A DNA stretch of 64,000 bases from Candidatus Omnitrophota bacterium (GTDB lineage: Bacteria > Omnitrophota > Omnitrophia > Omnitrophales > Aquincolibacteriaceae). The notes below the pieces were generated by a model that worked only from the letters and a program-made list of their open reading frames with translations, made no database searches and was not told the origin of the DNA. The translations under genes were made by a program, and so were the position numbers. The stretch spans positions 23,997 to 87,996 of the forward strand of contig JAZDJU010000040.1 of NCBI GenBank assembly GCA_043803685.1. The letters run 5' to 3'. Of this stretch, positions 55,159 to 64,000 are shown one piece after another (the first letter of the stretch is position 1; the number at the start of each line of letters is the position of its first letter).

Positions 55159-56549
55159 AGAAGTCCTCCATGCCGGGCAGGCGCGAAACGCCACACCGGA
55201 CTCATGCAGGTGGCATGCGCTTCTTTCGCGAAATTCAGCATGCCGGCGAAACCCGCCAGCGCGATCTTGCGTTCGTGGTTGTGGTCGCAGAAACCCACGC
55301 CGAGTTTGTAGGCGATGGGACGCTCCTTCACGCCGCCGATGAACAGGTCCACCTTTTTCTCGCGAATGAACTGCGCCAGTTCGACCGGGTTGGAGTCGTC
55401 GACGATGATCGTGCCGGGGTCGCACAATTCCTTGAGAGAATCGTAATCTTCGCGGTTTCCGGTTTGCGTGCCGACGACGACGGTTTGCATGCCCAGGAGC
55501 CGCAAGGCGCGCACGAGCGAGAAAGCCTTGAACGCGCCCCCCACGTAGATCGCAGCGCGTTTGCCCTGAAGATCTTGCTTCAGAATGCGCAGCTGCGGAT
55601 CTACATCGGTGATCTCAGACCGGATCAATTCCTGCGTGCGGGTCAGGAGCTCGCGATCGCCAAAAAAATCCGCGGTCTCATAAAGCGCTTTGGCCGTGTC
55701 TTCCAGACCGAACCAGGAAACTCGTTTGAAAGGAATGCCGTATTTTTCCTGATAGAGTTGCGCCAGCCGCGTCATCGAGCCGGAGCATTGCACCAGATTG
55801 AGCTGCGCGCCGTGGGAACGGCGGACGTCATCCACGCGGCCATCTCCTGTGAGAGTAGAGACCACCGTGATGCCCATCTGATCAAAATATTTTTTCAGGA
55901 TCCACGTCTCGCCGCCGATGTTGAACTCCCCGAGAAGATTGATCCGGAAGCGGCCTTCACTCGCGGCCGGGAGGGTGCCGACAATCGTGAATAAGGCCTC
56001 GCAGGCGGCGCGGTAGCCGTCTTTCTTGGTGCCCTTGAATCCCTCGGACTGAACGGGGAGCACCGGAATTCCGTTTTCCTGAGCCACACGGCGGCAGACG
56101 GCCTCCACATCATCGCCGATCAAGCCGACGATGCAGGTGGAATAGACAAAGGCCGCCTTCGGCTGGTGGGCCGCGATCAGTTCCGTCAATGCCGCGTAGA
56201 GTTTCTTTTCGCCACCATAAATGACTTCGGTCTCACGCAGGTCGGTGGAGAAGCTATTGCGATAAAGCTGTGAGCCGGAGGATTGCGCGCCCCGGATATC
56301 CCACGTGTAGGCGGCGCAACCGATGGGACCGTGCACCAGGTGAAGCGCGTCGGCGATAGGGTAGAGCACCACGCGCGCGCCGCAAAAAACGCAGGCGCGT
56401 TGGCTGACCGATCCCGCGAGACTTTTCTTTTCACAGGCGAGCTCGTGCTCAGTTTCGCCTTTCCGGAAGATCTGTCCTTGGCGCTCAGTCAGGATCGCGG
56501 GCGTTATCCCACTCTTCCGGCACCCCAAGGCAGTCTCTGGCGTAGGCAT
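55155..56549 (-). CDS. nifE: Nitrogenase cofactor scaffold subunit NifE
   Basis: SQRACVFCGA, HGPIGCAAYTWD, STCIVGLIGDD, VQCSGS. Confidence 0.94.
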   Translation of the reverse strand: MPTPETALGCRKSGITPAILTERQGQIFRKGETEHELACEKKSLAGSVSQRACVFCGARVVLYPIADALHLVHGPIGCAAYTWDIRGAQSSGSQLYRNSFSTDLRETEVIYGGEKKLYAALTELIAAHQPKAAFVYSTCIVGLIGDDVEAVCRRVAQENGIPVLPVQSEGFKGTKKDGYRAACEALFTIVGTLPAASEGRFRINLLGEFNIGGETWILKKYFDQMGITVVSTLTGDGRVDDVRRSHGAQLNLVQCSGSMTRLAQLYQEKYGIPFKRVSWFGLEDTAKALYETADFFGDRELLTRTQELIRSEITDVDPQLRILKQDLQGKRAAIYVGGAFKAFSLVRALRLLGMQTVVVGTQTGNREDYDSLKELCDPGTIIVDDSNPVELAQFIREKKVDLFIGGVKERPIAYKLGVGFCDHNHERKIALAGFAGMLNFAKEAHATCMSPVWRFAPARHGGLL

Positions 56550-57928
56550 CAGAGCACCAGTTCAAAGCCTTCTTCGGGCGTGTCCCGGTCTTTGCGGTCC
56601 AGGATCGCGTCGAGGATCTTTTCCAGCAATCTCAAGCCGCCGCGATAACCCACCGTCGGAAAATCGGCGTGCCCGACGCGGTCCATGATCGGGAAACCGT
56701 GGCGAACGAGGGGAATATCCTCGTCGCGCGCGATGTACTTCCCGTAGGTATTGCCGATGAGCAGGTCCACCTTTTCGTTCTTGATCCACTGATGGAGCAA
56801 AAACATATCGGCGCAGGAACCGCTCTTGAACTTCGCTTCCGGGATGGGCGCGAGGAATTCTGCCATGCGCTTGTCGAACTTGTTGCCTCCGGTGCCGGAG
56901 ACGACATACACCGGGCGCATATCAAGACTGATGAGGAACTCGCAAAGTCCTTCCAGTTGATCCGGGTCTCCCCAGAGAGCGACGCGCTTGCCATAAAGGT
57001 ACTGATGCATATTGATGATCATGTCGATCAAGCGGCCCCGTTCTTCCGTGATACTTTCCGGAACGGAGACACCGCCGAGACGGCGCAGCGTATCGAGAAA
57101 GCGGTCCGTCGCATGCAGTCCGATGGGCAGCGTGAGTGATTCGCAGGGTACGCCGCACTTTTTGTCGAGTTCTTCTGCCGCGGCGTTGGAGGCGACCGGG
57201 CCGAGAGCCAACGTGGCGAGGCTGTCGCCCGTCGTTTGCAACTCCTCGATCGTCACGCCCCCTTTGGGGTACATATGAAAGTGTCCGGTTTGGGGTGTGT
57301 CGAGGACATTCGATGTGTCCGGGAAAAGAACGATCTTTACGCCCAAAGCGGCCGCGAGACGTTTGATTTCGCGCATGTCAGAAGGTTCGACCCAACCCGG
57401 GATGATGTTGATCTGGTTCTTCTGGGCGCCGGTATGGGCGGCAAAATAGCTGACCAGACTTTTGGCCATGCCCGCGAAGCCTGTCACATGCGAGCCTTGA
57501 TAACTGGGCGTATTGACGTGAATGACATGACGGCCCTCCGGGATCTTACCTTCTTCCTTGGCTTTCTGGATGATCTGCGGCAGATCGTCGCCGATGGTTT
57601 CGGACAGACACGTGGTGTGCACCGCGATCACGCGCGGGTTATAAACGGTAAAGATCGTCTGGATCGCTTGGAGCATATTGGCCTGTCCGCCGAACACGGA
57701 GGCTCCCTCGGTGAAGGAGCTCGAGGCCCCCATGACCGGTTCTTTGTAGTGACGTGTGAGCGTGCTGCGGTGATAAGAACAGCAACCTTGGGAACCGTGG
57801 CTGTGCGGTAGGCAGTCGCGCAAACCGAGCGCGGCGTACATCGCGCCTATCGGCTGGCACGCTTTGGCCGGGTTGATGGTGAGCGCCTCTCGTGGCTTGA
57901 TCTCTTTGGGTGTATGTCTTAGTAACAT
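56549..57928 (-). CDS. nifK: Nitrogenase MoFe protein beta chain
   Basis: INPAKACQPIGA, HGSQGCCSY, TTCLSETIGDD, GFPIMDR; short (group II) N-terminus. Confidence 0.96.
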   Translation of the reverse strand: MLLRHTPKEIKPREALTINPAKACQPIGAMYAALGLRDCLPHSHGSQGCCSYHRSTLTRHYKEPVMGASSSFTEGASVFGGQANMLQAIQTIFTVYNPRVIAVHTTCLSETIGDDLPQIIQKAKEEGKIPEGRHVIHVNTPSYQGSHVTGFAGMAKSLVSYFAAHTGAQKNQINIIPGWVEPSDMREIKRLAAALGVKIVLFPDTSNVLDTPQTGHFHMYPKGGVTIEELQTTGDSLATLALGPVASNAAAEELDKKCGVPCESLTLPIGLHATDRFLDTLRRLGGVSVPESITEERGRLIDMIINMHQYLYGKRVALWGDPDQLEGLCEFLISLDMRPVYVVSGTGGNKFDKRMAEFLAPIPEAKFKSGSCADMFLLHQWIKNEKVDLLIGNTYGKYIARDEDIPLVRHGFPIMDRVGHADFPTVGYRGGLRLLEKILDAILDRKDRDTPEEGFELVL

Positions 57929-58037
57929 GGCTGTTCTCCTTTTCTGGTACAGCTTTAGGATTGAAATTGTCCGCAATTTCAATCTGTTCTATGTCCTGTA
58001 CCGTTTACCTAAAAAATCAAAACTGAAACGGTGCTGC

Positions 58038-59666
58038 TCAGTTGGCAAACCTTGCCGTTAATTCCGGATGTGCCTGCCACGGAGCTTTGACGTGTTTCCA
58101 GATCTGTGCGTTCACCATACGGTCAATATCGCGATAAAAATTCGACGCACCGCGGAAGCCGGCGTAGGGGCCTCCGTAGTCGTAGCTGTGCAACTGCTTG
58201 CAGGGGACGCCGGATTTTTGGATCACGAACTTCTCCTTGATGCCCGCGCCGATGATGTCGGGCTTATAGAGCTCGATCAGTTTCTCGGTTTCGTGATGGC
58301 TGATGTCGTCCACCACGAGAGCTTCGGACTCCATCTGCTTCATCATGCCGTGATAATCGTTGAATTCCAGGTCCGGATTGGCGCGATACTTCGCGAGCTC
58401 CTCCTCAGTGCGGCGCGCGCGATAGCGCTTCGGGTCGGCTTCCACCGTGAGCTCCTCGATACTGCGGCTGTCCGCATCGACCTGGATGCTGGGAAGCACC
58501 TTGCGGCCCTCGTAATCGTCCCGGTGGGCGAATTCGTAGCCGGCCGCGACCGTGCGGATTCCGATCTCACCGAAGAGATCCTGATAATGGTGCGCCCGGG
58601 ACCCTCCCACGAAGAGCATCGCCGTCTTGCCTTTGCAGCGGCTGTGTACGTCTTCCATTATTTTTTCGACCGGGGGCATTTCTTCGGCGATCACCTTTTC
58701 GATCTGCTCGCTTAAGGCCTTGTCGTCGAAATATTCCCCGATCTTGCGAAGACTTTTGGCGGTCGATCTCGCTCCGATGAAATTCACCTTGAGCCAGGGG
58801 ATGCCGAATTTCGTTTTCATCATTTCAGCCATGTAGTTGATCGAACGGTGGCACATGACGCAGTTGAGGTCCGCGTAATGCGATTGAGTGAAGGCCGCGT
58901 AGGTCGTGTTGCCGCTGAAAGTGGTCACGAGGGTGATGCCGCATTTCTTGAAGATCCGTTCCAACTCGAAGGAATCACCGCCGATGTTGTACTCCCCGAG
59001 CAGGTTGATCTTGAATTTCCCGGCCACGGGCTGGTCGCTACGCCCGACGATGTTTTTAAACACCGCGTTATTAGCAATATGATGGCCGGCGGACTGAGAG
59101 ACGCCTTTGTAGCCTTCGCAGGAGCAGGCGAACACATTGCACCCCAACTTCTCGGTCATCTCACGGGCGATATTATGAATGTCGTCACCGATCAAGCCCA
59201 CGGGGCAGGTGGCGAAAATGCTGATCGCCTTGGGATGGAAAAGATCCCAGGCTTCCTGGACGGCCTGGCGAAGTTTTTTCTCGCCGCCAAAGATGATGTT
59301 CTCTTCCTGCATGTCGGTAGAAAAACAATAGACCATGAAGTTCTCGCCGTCTTTCCCGGCGTCCGTCTGATTGCGGCGTGTGAGCCAGGAGTAGTAACCG
59401 CATCCGATCGGGCCGTGCGTGATGATGACGATATCGCGTGTCGGGCCAAGCACGACGCCCTTGCAGCCGGCGTAAGTGCAACCGCGTTGGGTAATGATGC
59501 CCGGTACCGTGCGCGTGTTGACCTTGATCTCCGGAACATTGCCCTCCGCGTCGACCTGATTAACGACGATCTGCTGGGCGCGTTTGCGAGCGACCTTGGT
59601 AGGGTAGATCTTGATCAGCGCTTCTTTGGCTTTTTCGGGATCGAGATGCGGGTTTTCTGTGATCAT
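58038..59666 (-). CDS. nifD: Nitrogenase MoFe protein alpha chain (group II)
   Basis: RGCTYAGC, GPIGCGYY, ATCPVG, GVSQSAGHH, MCHRS, QLHSYDYGGPY; insertion after HRDDYEGR. Confidence 0.97.
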   Translation of the reverse strand: MITENPHLDPEKAKEALIKIYPTKVARKRAQQIVVNQVDAEGNVPEIKVNTRTVPGIITQRGCTYAGCKGVVLGPTRDIVIITHGPIGCGYYSWLTRRNQTDAGKDGENFMVYCFSTDMQEENIIFGGEKKLRQAVQEAWDLFHPKAISIFATCPVGLIGDDIHNIAREMTEKLGCNVFACSCEGYKGVSQSAGHHIANNAVFKNIVGRSDQPVAGKFKINLLGEYNIGGDSFELERIFKKCGITLVTTFSGNTTYAAFTQSHYADLNCVMCHRSINYMAEMMKTKFGIPWLKVNFIGARSTAKSLRKIGEYFDDKALSEQIEKVIAEEMPPVEKIMEDVHSRCKGKTAMLFVGGSRAHHYQDLFGEIGIRTVAAGYEFAHRDDYEGRKVLPSIQVDADSRSIEELTVEADPKRYRARRTEEELAKYRANPDLEFNDYHGMMKQMESEALVVDDISHHETEKLIELYKPDIIGAGIKEKFVIQKSGVPCKQLHSYDYGGPYAGFRGASNFYRDIDRMVNAQIWKHVKAPWQAHPELTARFAN

Positions 59667-59667
59667 G

Positions 59668-60051
59668 TCAGTTCTCCTCGTTTAAAGCGAGATCACCGGT
59701 TTCACCGGTGCGGACCCGGCAGGCATCCGAGGTGGGTAGTACAAAGATCTTTCCATCTCCCGGCTTGCCGGTTTGATTGGCTTTGATGATCGTCTCGACG
59801 GCCACGGGCACTTTGTCGTCGGGCAGGACGAGCAAGAGCATGCGCTTGGGGATGAGGCGTGGCCCCTGGCCGAGTTGTGAGATCGCTTCCTCATGTCCAT
59901 CCTCCGCGCCGTGCAGTACGCGGAAATCCACGCCACCTTTCCCGCGACCTAATACCTTCGTAGCGGTCAAACTGTAAATGCCCGCCGCGGTGAGGGCGGT
60001 TTTGGTTTCACTCATCTTGTTCTGCCGGATGATGGCAAAGATCTCTTTCAT
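59668..60051 (-). CDS. nifI2: P-II family protein NifI2
   Basis: MKEIFAIIR..K, GRGKG, RLIPKR, GDGKIFV; between nifH and nifD. Confidence 0.9.
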   Translation of the reverse strand: MKEIFAIIRQNKMSETKTALTAAGIYSLTATKVLGRGKGGVDFRVLHGAEDGHEEAISQLGQGPRLIPKRMLLLVLPDDKVPVAVETIIKANQTGKPGDGKIFVLPTSDACRVRTGETGDLALNEEN

Positions 60052-60088
60052 AAGAACGCCTCCTTTTCATGACAGCCTTGGTCGTGGT

Positions 60089-60415
60089 TCATAGGTCCTT
60101 GTGGCCCGAGCTGATGGTGTAGGCCTCGATCACGGGCGAAACGAAGATCTTGCCGTCACCGTGCGCCCCTTTGGTATTGGTTCGTGCCACGGGCATGATC
60201 GTGTTGATGACAAAATCCTTGTCCTCGTCCTTGACGATCGTGATGAGCATTTCCTTGGGGAGTTCGTCGTAGTGAACGTCCCCGATCTTCATGCCGCGTT
60301 GCTTCCCGCGGCCGAAGACGGCGAGTTTGGTGACAGCCGGGAAACCGGCTTCCATGAGAGCGGCCATGACGTTGTCCACTTTTTCGGGTCTGACGATTGC
60401 GCGTATCATGATCAT
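60089..60415 (-). CDS. nifI1: P-II family protein NifI1
   Basis: MIRAIVRPEK, GRGKQRG..YDELPK, GAHGDGKIFV, YTISSG. Confidence 0.9.
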   Translation of the reverse strand: MIMIRAIVRPEKVDNVMAALMEAGFPAVTKLAVFGRGKQRGMKIGDVHYDELPKEMLITIVKDEDKDFVINTIMPVARTNTKGAHGDGKIFVSPVIEAYTISSGHKDL

Positions 60416-60443
60416 AATATTTCTCCTGTCTTCGTAGAGTTGA

Positions 60444-61274
<831 letters not shown>

Positions 61275-61340
61275 TCATTTTTTTCGGTCCGATCGTTCGG
61301 CCGAAATTTTCGAGCTTTGTAAACCTTTGTAAATGGATAA

Positions 61341-61538
61341 AGCATAAGCCGTGCCAACTTGGTGACACAAATGTCGAAAAGACTTGCGCGCGGCTTTGCG
61401 GCTATAGACTGGGAGGGAAGAGAAGCCTTCAAGGAAAAATATTTTTTCTGGAGCTTGCCGTGACCGTTCCGGACAAAGATGTACCTGAAATAGCTACATT
61501 CCGGTAGGTTGGGTGGTCAAGAACCTACCCATGTGTAG
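61341..61538 (-). promoter_or_regulatory. Sigma54 promoter of nifH with upstream ACA-N4-TGT-like sites
   Basis: Minus strand TGGCAC GGCTT ATGCT (61356-61341); sites at 61363, 61471, 61494, 61525. Confidence 0.75.
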
Positions 61539-61548
61539 GGCCCAGGAC

Positions 61549-62004
61549 TCAGGACAGATGAAGGCGCAGCGGGACCATGGAAGAAGGTTCAAAGCCGTGG
61601 CGACGGTAGAGACCCCGGGCGGACGCGTTGTGAGGATCCGTGAGCAAAGTGATGCGGCTAAATTTTTCGCGGCGGGCAAAAGTAATGACATGCCGCAAGA
61701 GGAGCGTTCCCAGGCCTTGTTTCCGAAAGTCCGGATGCACGATCAAATCCTCCAATAATAGTACTCTGCCGCCCTCGGCCGTGCTGATGAGGACGAGGAG
61801 ACTCACCATTCCGACGATCCTCTCCTCCCAGCGCGCTACGAAAATGTGACCCGCGCCTGGATCTTCCAGGATCAGGGCGAGAGCGCGGTGCTGTTTTTTC
61901 CTGTCCGGCTGAAAATCTTTTTCCTGAGAGAACAGCAATTCCAGAAGCTCAACGAGAGCCGGGATATCTTTAGACCCCGCGGGTCCGACGATCACACTTC
62001 TCAT
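61549..62004 (-). CDS. GNAT family N-acetyltransferase
   Basis: LLEDLIVHPDFRKQGLG, N.SARGLY..HGF; coupled to nifA stop. Confidence 0.85.
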   Translation of the reverse strand: MRSVIVGPAGSKDIPALVELLELLFSQEKDFQPDRKKQHRALALILEDPGAGHIFVARWEERIVGMVSLLVLISTAEGGRVLLLEDLIVHPDFRKQGLGTLLLRHVITFARREKFSRITLLTDPHNASARGLYRRHGFEPSSMVPLRLHLS

Positions 62005-63587
62005 GTCTTTCCTGAATTTTTCTGATTGTCTTTGAAGCGGGCAGGATCGATGGCGGAGGCATGCACTCGAAGCCGCATGGCGCGCTCCGTCAATCCCAGA
62101 GCTCTTGCGGCAGCCGCCATGTTGCCGTGATGGATCTTGAGCGCATCGGTGATCATTTCCCGTTCGAGGGCGTGCAGTGTGGCTTCCAGTTTTCCGGAGG
62201 AGGGCGCGAGCGGCAGAGGGGACTTATGCAATGAGGGCGGCAAGTGATAGCTGTGGATCACGCCATCCGTGGAAAGCAGGACCGCACGCTCGATACAATT
62301 CTCCAGTTCGCGGACGTTCCCGGGCCAGTGATGATGGGTCAGAAGATCAATGGCGGTGGTGCAAATGCGCTTGATCTGCTTCTTGCCCGCCTGGTTGTAT
62401 TTTTCGATGAAATGATCGGTCAGTTGCAGGATATCCGATTTGCGTTCGCGCAGTGGCGGAATGAAGATCGGGAAAACATTGAGCCGGTAGTAGAGGTCTT
62501 CGCGGAATTTTCCCTCTCGCATCAGGTTTTCCAGCGACCGGTTCGTGGCGGCCAGTACGTGCACGTCCACCGGGATCGTTTGACTTCCGCCGAGCCGTTC
62601 AAATTCCCGCTCCTGCAACACGCGCAGTAGTTTGATCTGGATCACGGGAGAGAGATCCCCGATCTCATCAAGAAAAATGGTGCCGCCGTGAGCCATCTCA
62701 AACCGGCCCTTCCTCGCGGACACGGCGCCCGTGAAGGAGCCTTTTTCATGCCCGAAGAGCTCGCTTTCAATGATGCTCTCAGGCAGGGCCGCGCAGTTGA
62801 CCCTGACGAACGGCTTGTTTGCGCGCGGGCTGTTGCAATGGATCGCCTCGGCGACGCGCTCTTTGCCGACGCCGCTTTCTCCGAGGATAAGGACAGTCGC
62901 TTTGCTCGGCGCCACCAGCTGGATCTGTTGCATGACCGATCGGAGGGCGTCGGAGTTTCCGATCAAATGATGGTCTTTCAGTTTGTTCAGCAGCTCTCCG
63001 TGCAGTCGTTGATTTTCCGCCTCCAGGCTCTGCACCTGTTCCTGGCTTGCCTGGCGCAGACGCACGGCTTGAGCGATCAGGGAGGCGATGATGGATAACA
63101 GGCGGATGTCTTCCTTACAGGCGAGGTCGCCTGTGAACAGTCGGTCGACACTGAGCGCGCCGATGGTCTCCTCGCCCAACCGGATGGGAACGCAGATAAA
63201 AGAGATCTCTTTTCGGTCGCGTTCAATGTCCCGGCGACGCGTTTTGGTGCGGTCCAGAAAAAGCGGTTCCTGGGATATCCGGGGAACGACCACCGGCCTT
63301 CCGGTTTTTACGACTTGGCCCGTGACTCCTTCGCCAAGTTTGTAGCGCCCGCGTGAGCGCTCCTCCGGGGACAATCCGTAGGCGGCGTCGATGGTAAGTT
63401 CGCCTGTTTCGCGATTCAGGATCGTGATCGTGCCGCGCAACATGCCCATGTGCTCGGCCATCATCTGGAGCAGGGGAGTCACCCCTTCGCTCAGGTTCAG
63501 ACTGCGATTCAGCAGTTGAGTGATCTGGAACAATAGAGAGAGTTCCTGGATCTCTCTTTGAGCGTCTTTCAGGGCCCGGATGCTCAT
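62001..63587 (-). CDS. nifA: NifA-family sigma54 activator (GAF-AAA+-HTH)
   Basis: [50 protein letters not shown] before ATG 63587. Confidence 0.88.
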   Translation of the reverse strand: MSIRALKDAQREIQELSLLFQITQLLNRSLNLSEGVTPLLQMMAEHMGMLRGTITILNRETGELTIDAAYGLSPEERSRGRYKLGEGVTGQVVKTGRPVVVPRISQEPLFLDRTKTRRRDIERDRKEISFICVPIRLGEETIGALSVDRLFTGDLACKEDIRLLSIIASLIAQAVRLRQASQEQVQSLEAENQRLHGELLNKLKDHHLIGNSDALRSVMQQIQLVAPSKATVLILGESGVGKERVAEAIHCNSPRANKPFVRVNCAALPESIIESELFGHEKGSFTGAVSARKGRFEMAHGGTIFLDEIGDLSPVIQIKLLRVLQEREFERLGGSQTIPVDVHVLAATNRSLENLMREGKFREDLYYRLNVFPIFIPPLRERKSDILQLTDHFIEKYNQAGKKQIKRICTTAIDLLTHHHWPGNVRELENCIERAVLLSTDGVIHSYHLPPSLHKSPLPLAPSSGKLEATLHALEREMITDALKIHHGNMAAAARALGLTERAMRLRVHASAIDPARFKDNQKNSGKT

Positions 63588-63646
63588 TTTGGATTCCTCG
63601 CTTCTGTGATCTCTCGCGTGAATAGTTTGAGCCTTAACTCTAAATG

Positions 63647-63662
63647 AGCACAAATCGTGCCA
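63647..63662 (-). promoter_or_regulatory. Sigma54 promoter of nifA
   Basis: Minus strand TGGCAC GATTT GTGCT. Confidence 0.65.
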
Positions 63663-63770
63663 ACCGGATGTGAAGGGTCCTCGGGCGGAAGTTGAAGCCG
63701 GCGCAGCGCTTTTTTCATTTGTCGACAAATATGAATTCTGGAAGCTTCAAAAACGTTGCTCGCTACATTT

Positions 63771-63868
63771 TCCCCTCTTTTCCGCCACAAGGCACTGGAC
63801 GGATCCGTCCTTCGGCGGAGGAAAAGAGGGGTTAGGGGAGATTTATTAAATCCCCCTTCATCCCCCTC
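63771..63868. repeat. CCCCTCTTT..AAAGAGGGG hairpin repeat interrupted by a 39-nt TCCGCC..GGCGGA element
   Basis: TCCCCTCTTT [TCCGCCACAAGGCACTGGACGGATCCGTCCTTCGGCGGA, 63781-63819] GGAAAAGAGGGG TTAGGGGAGATTT. Confidence 0.7.
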
Positions 63869-64000
63869 ATATGGATGACCGCCAGTCAAGCTTGGCAGTT
63901 GGCCTTGGATTCGAAGCAACCCGGCATGAGCCATCGAGTGCCATCAACCTCATATTCGCGTGCTGGTTAACGCATTAAGTTGAGTCCGAATGGTATAGGA

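Noticed and set aside
55159..55425. N-terminally extended NifN (554 aa); likewise long starts for acr3, tolC, ispE, pth, amtB1, nifI1 and nifA
   Set aside because: The extensions overlap upstream genes or promoters; downstream ATGs with an RBS or ATGA coupling fit better.
57929..58037. Alternative (V/Fe) nitrogenase
   Set aside because: Only 109 bp separate D and K, leaving no room for vnfG/anfG; nifEN are present and the motifs are Mo-type group II.
63584..63934. 116-aa ORF upstream of nifA
   Set aside because: It runs through repeat hairpins and the sigma54 promoter and shows no protein features.

Overview
Chromosomal window from a high-GC, diderm (LPS-making), probably anaerobic bacterium. 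Gene order and protein style (fused lpxC-fabZ, lpxI, bS22-like peptide, type III GS) suggest a PVC-superphylum-like lineage such as Omnitrophota; this is inference only. Left (1-14.1 kb): feoB, a DUF134-led arsenic/redox operon (arsP-arsE-arsF-arsG-acr3), a secreted peroxiredoxin and a TolC-RND pair lacking its adaptor. 15-21.3 kb: gatC-gatA and gatB, separated by a ~3.1 kb AT-rich island with a TA pair, ORFans and an array of 24-nt palindromes. 21.9-42 kb: housekeeping genes (tsaD, hisG, ispE, tRNA-Gln, glmU, prs, rplY, pth, rpsF, ssb, rpsR, rplI, dnaB, bamA, skp, lpxC-fabZ, lpxA, lpxI). 42-64 kb: a sigma54 nitrogen regulon with two NifA-like activators, type III glnA, two amtB-glnK pairs and a complete Mo-nitrogenase cluster (nifH-I1-I2-D-K-E-N-B-fdx-V). 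Most striking: (1) a tRNA-Gln gene split by a 936-bp cassette (GIY-YIG nuclease, intact replacement tRNA-Gln, ORFan) bounded by 85-bp repeats whose anticodon carries a 63-nt palindromic insert; (2) a related mini-element at 63781 inserted at the same CTTT^GGA target; (3) a modular array of eleven 24-nt palindromes between gatA and gatB; (4) 7-nt-periodic hairpin elements, one inserted in-frame in gatB.
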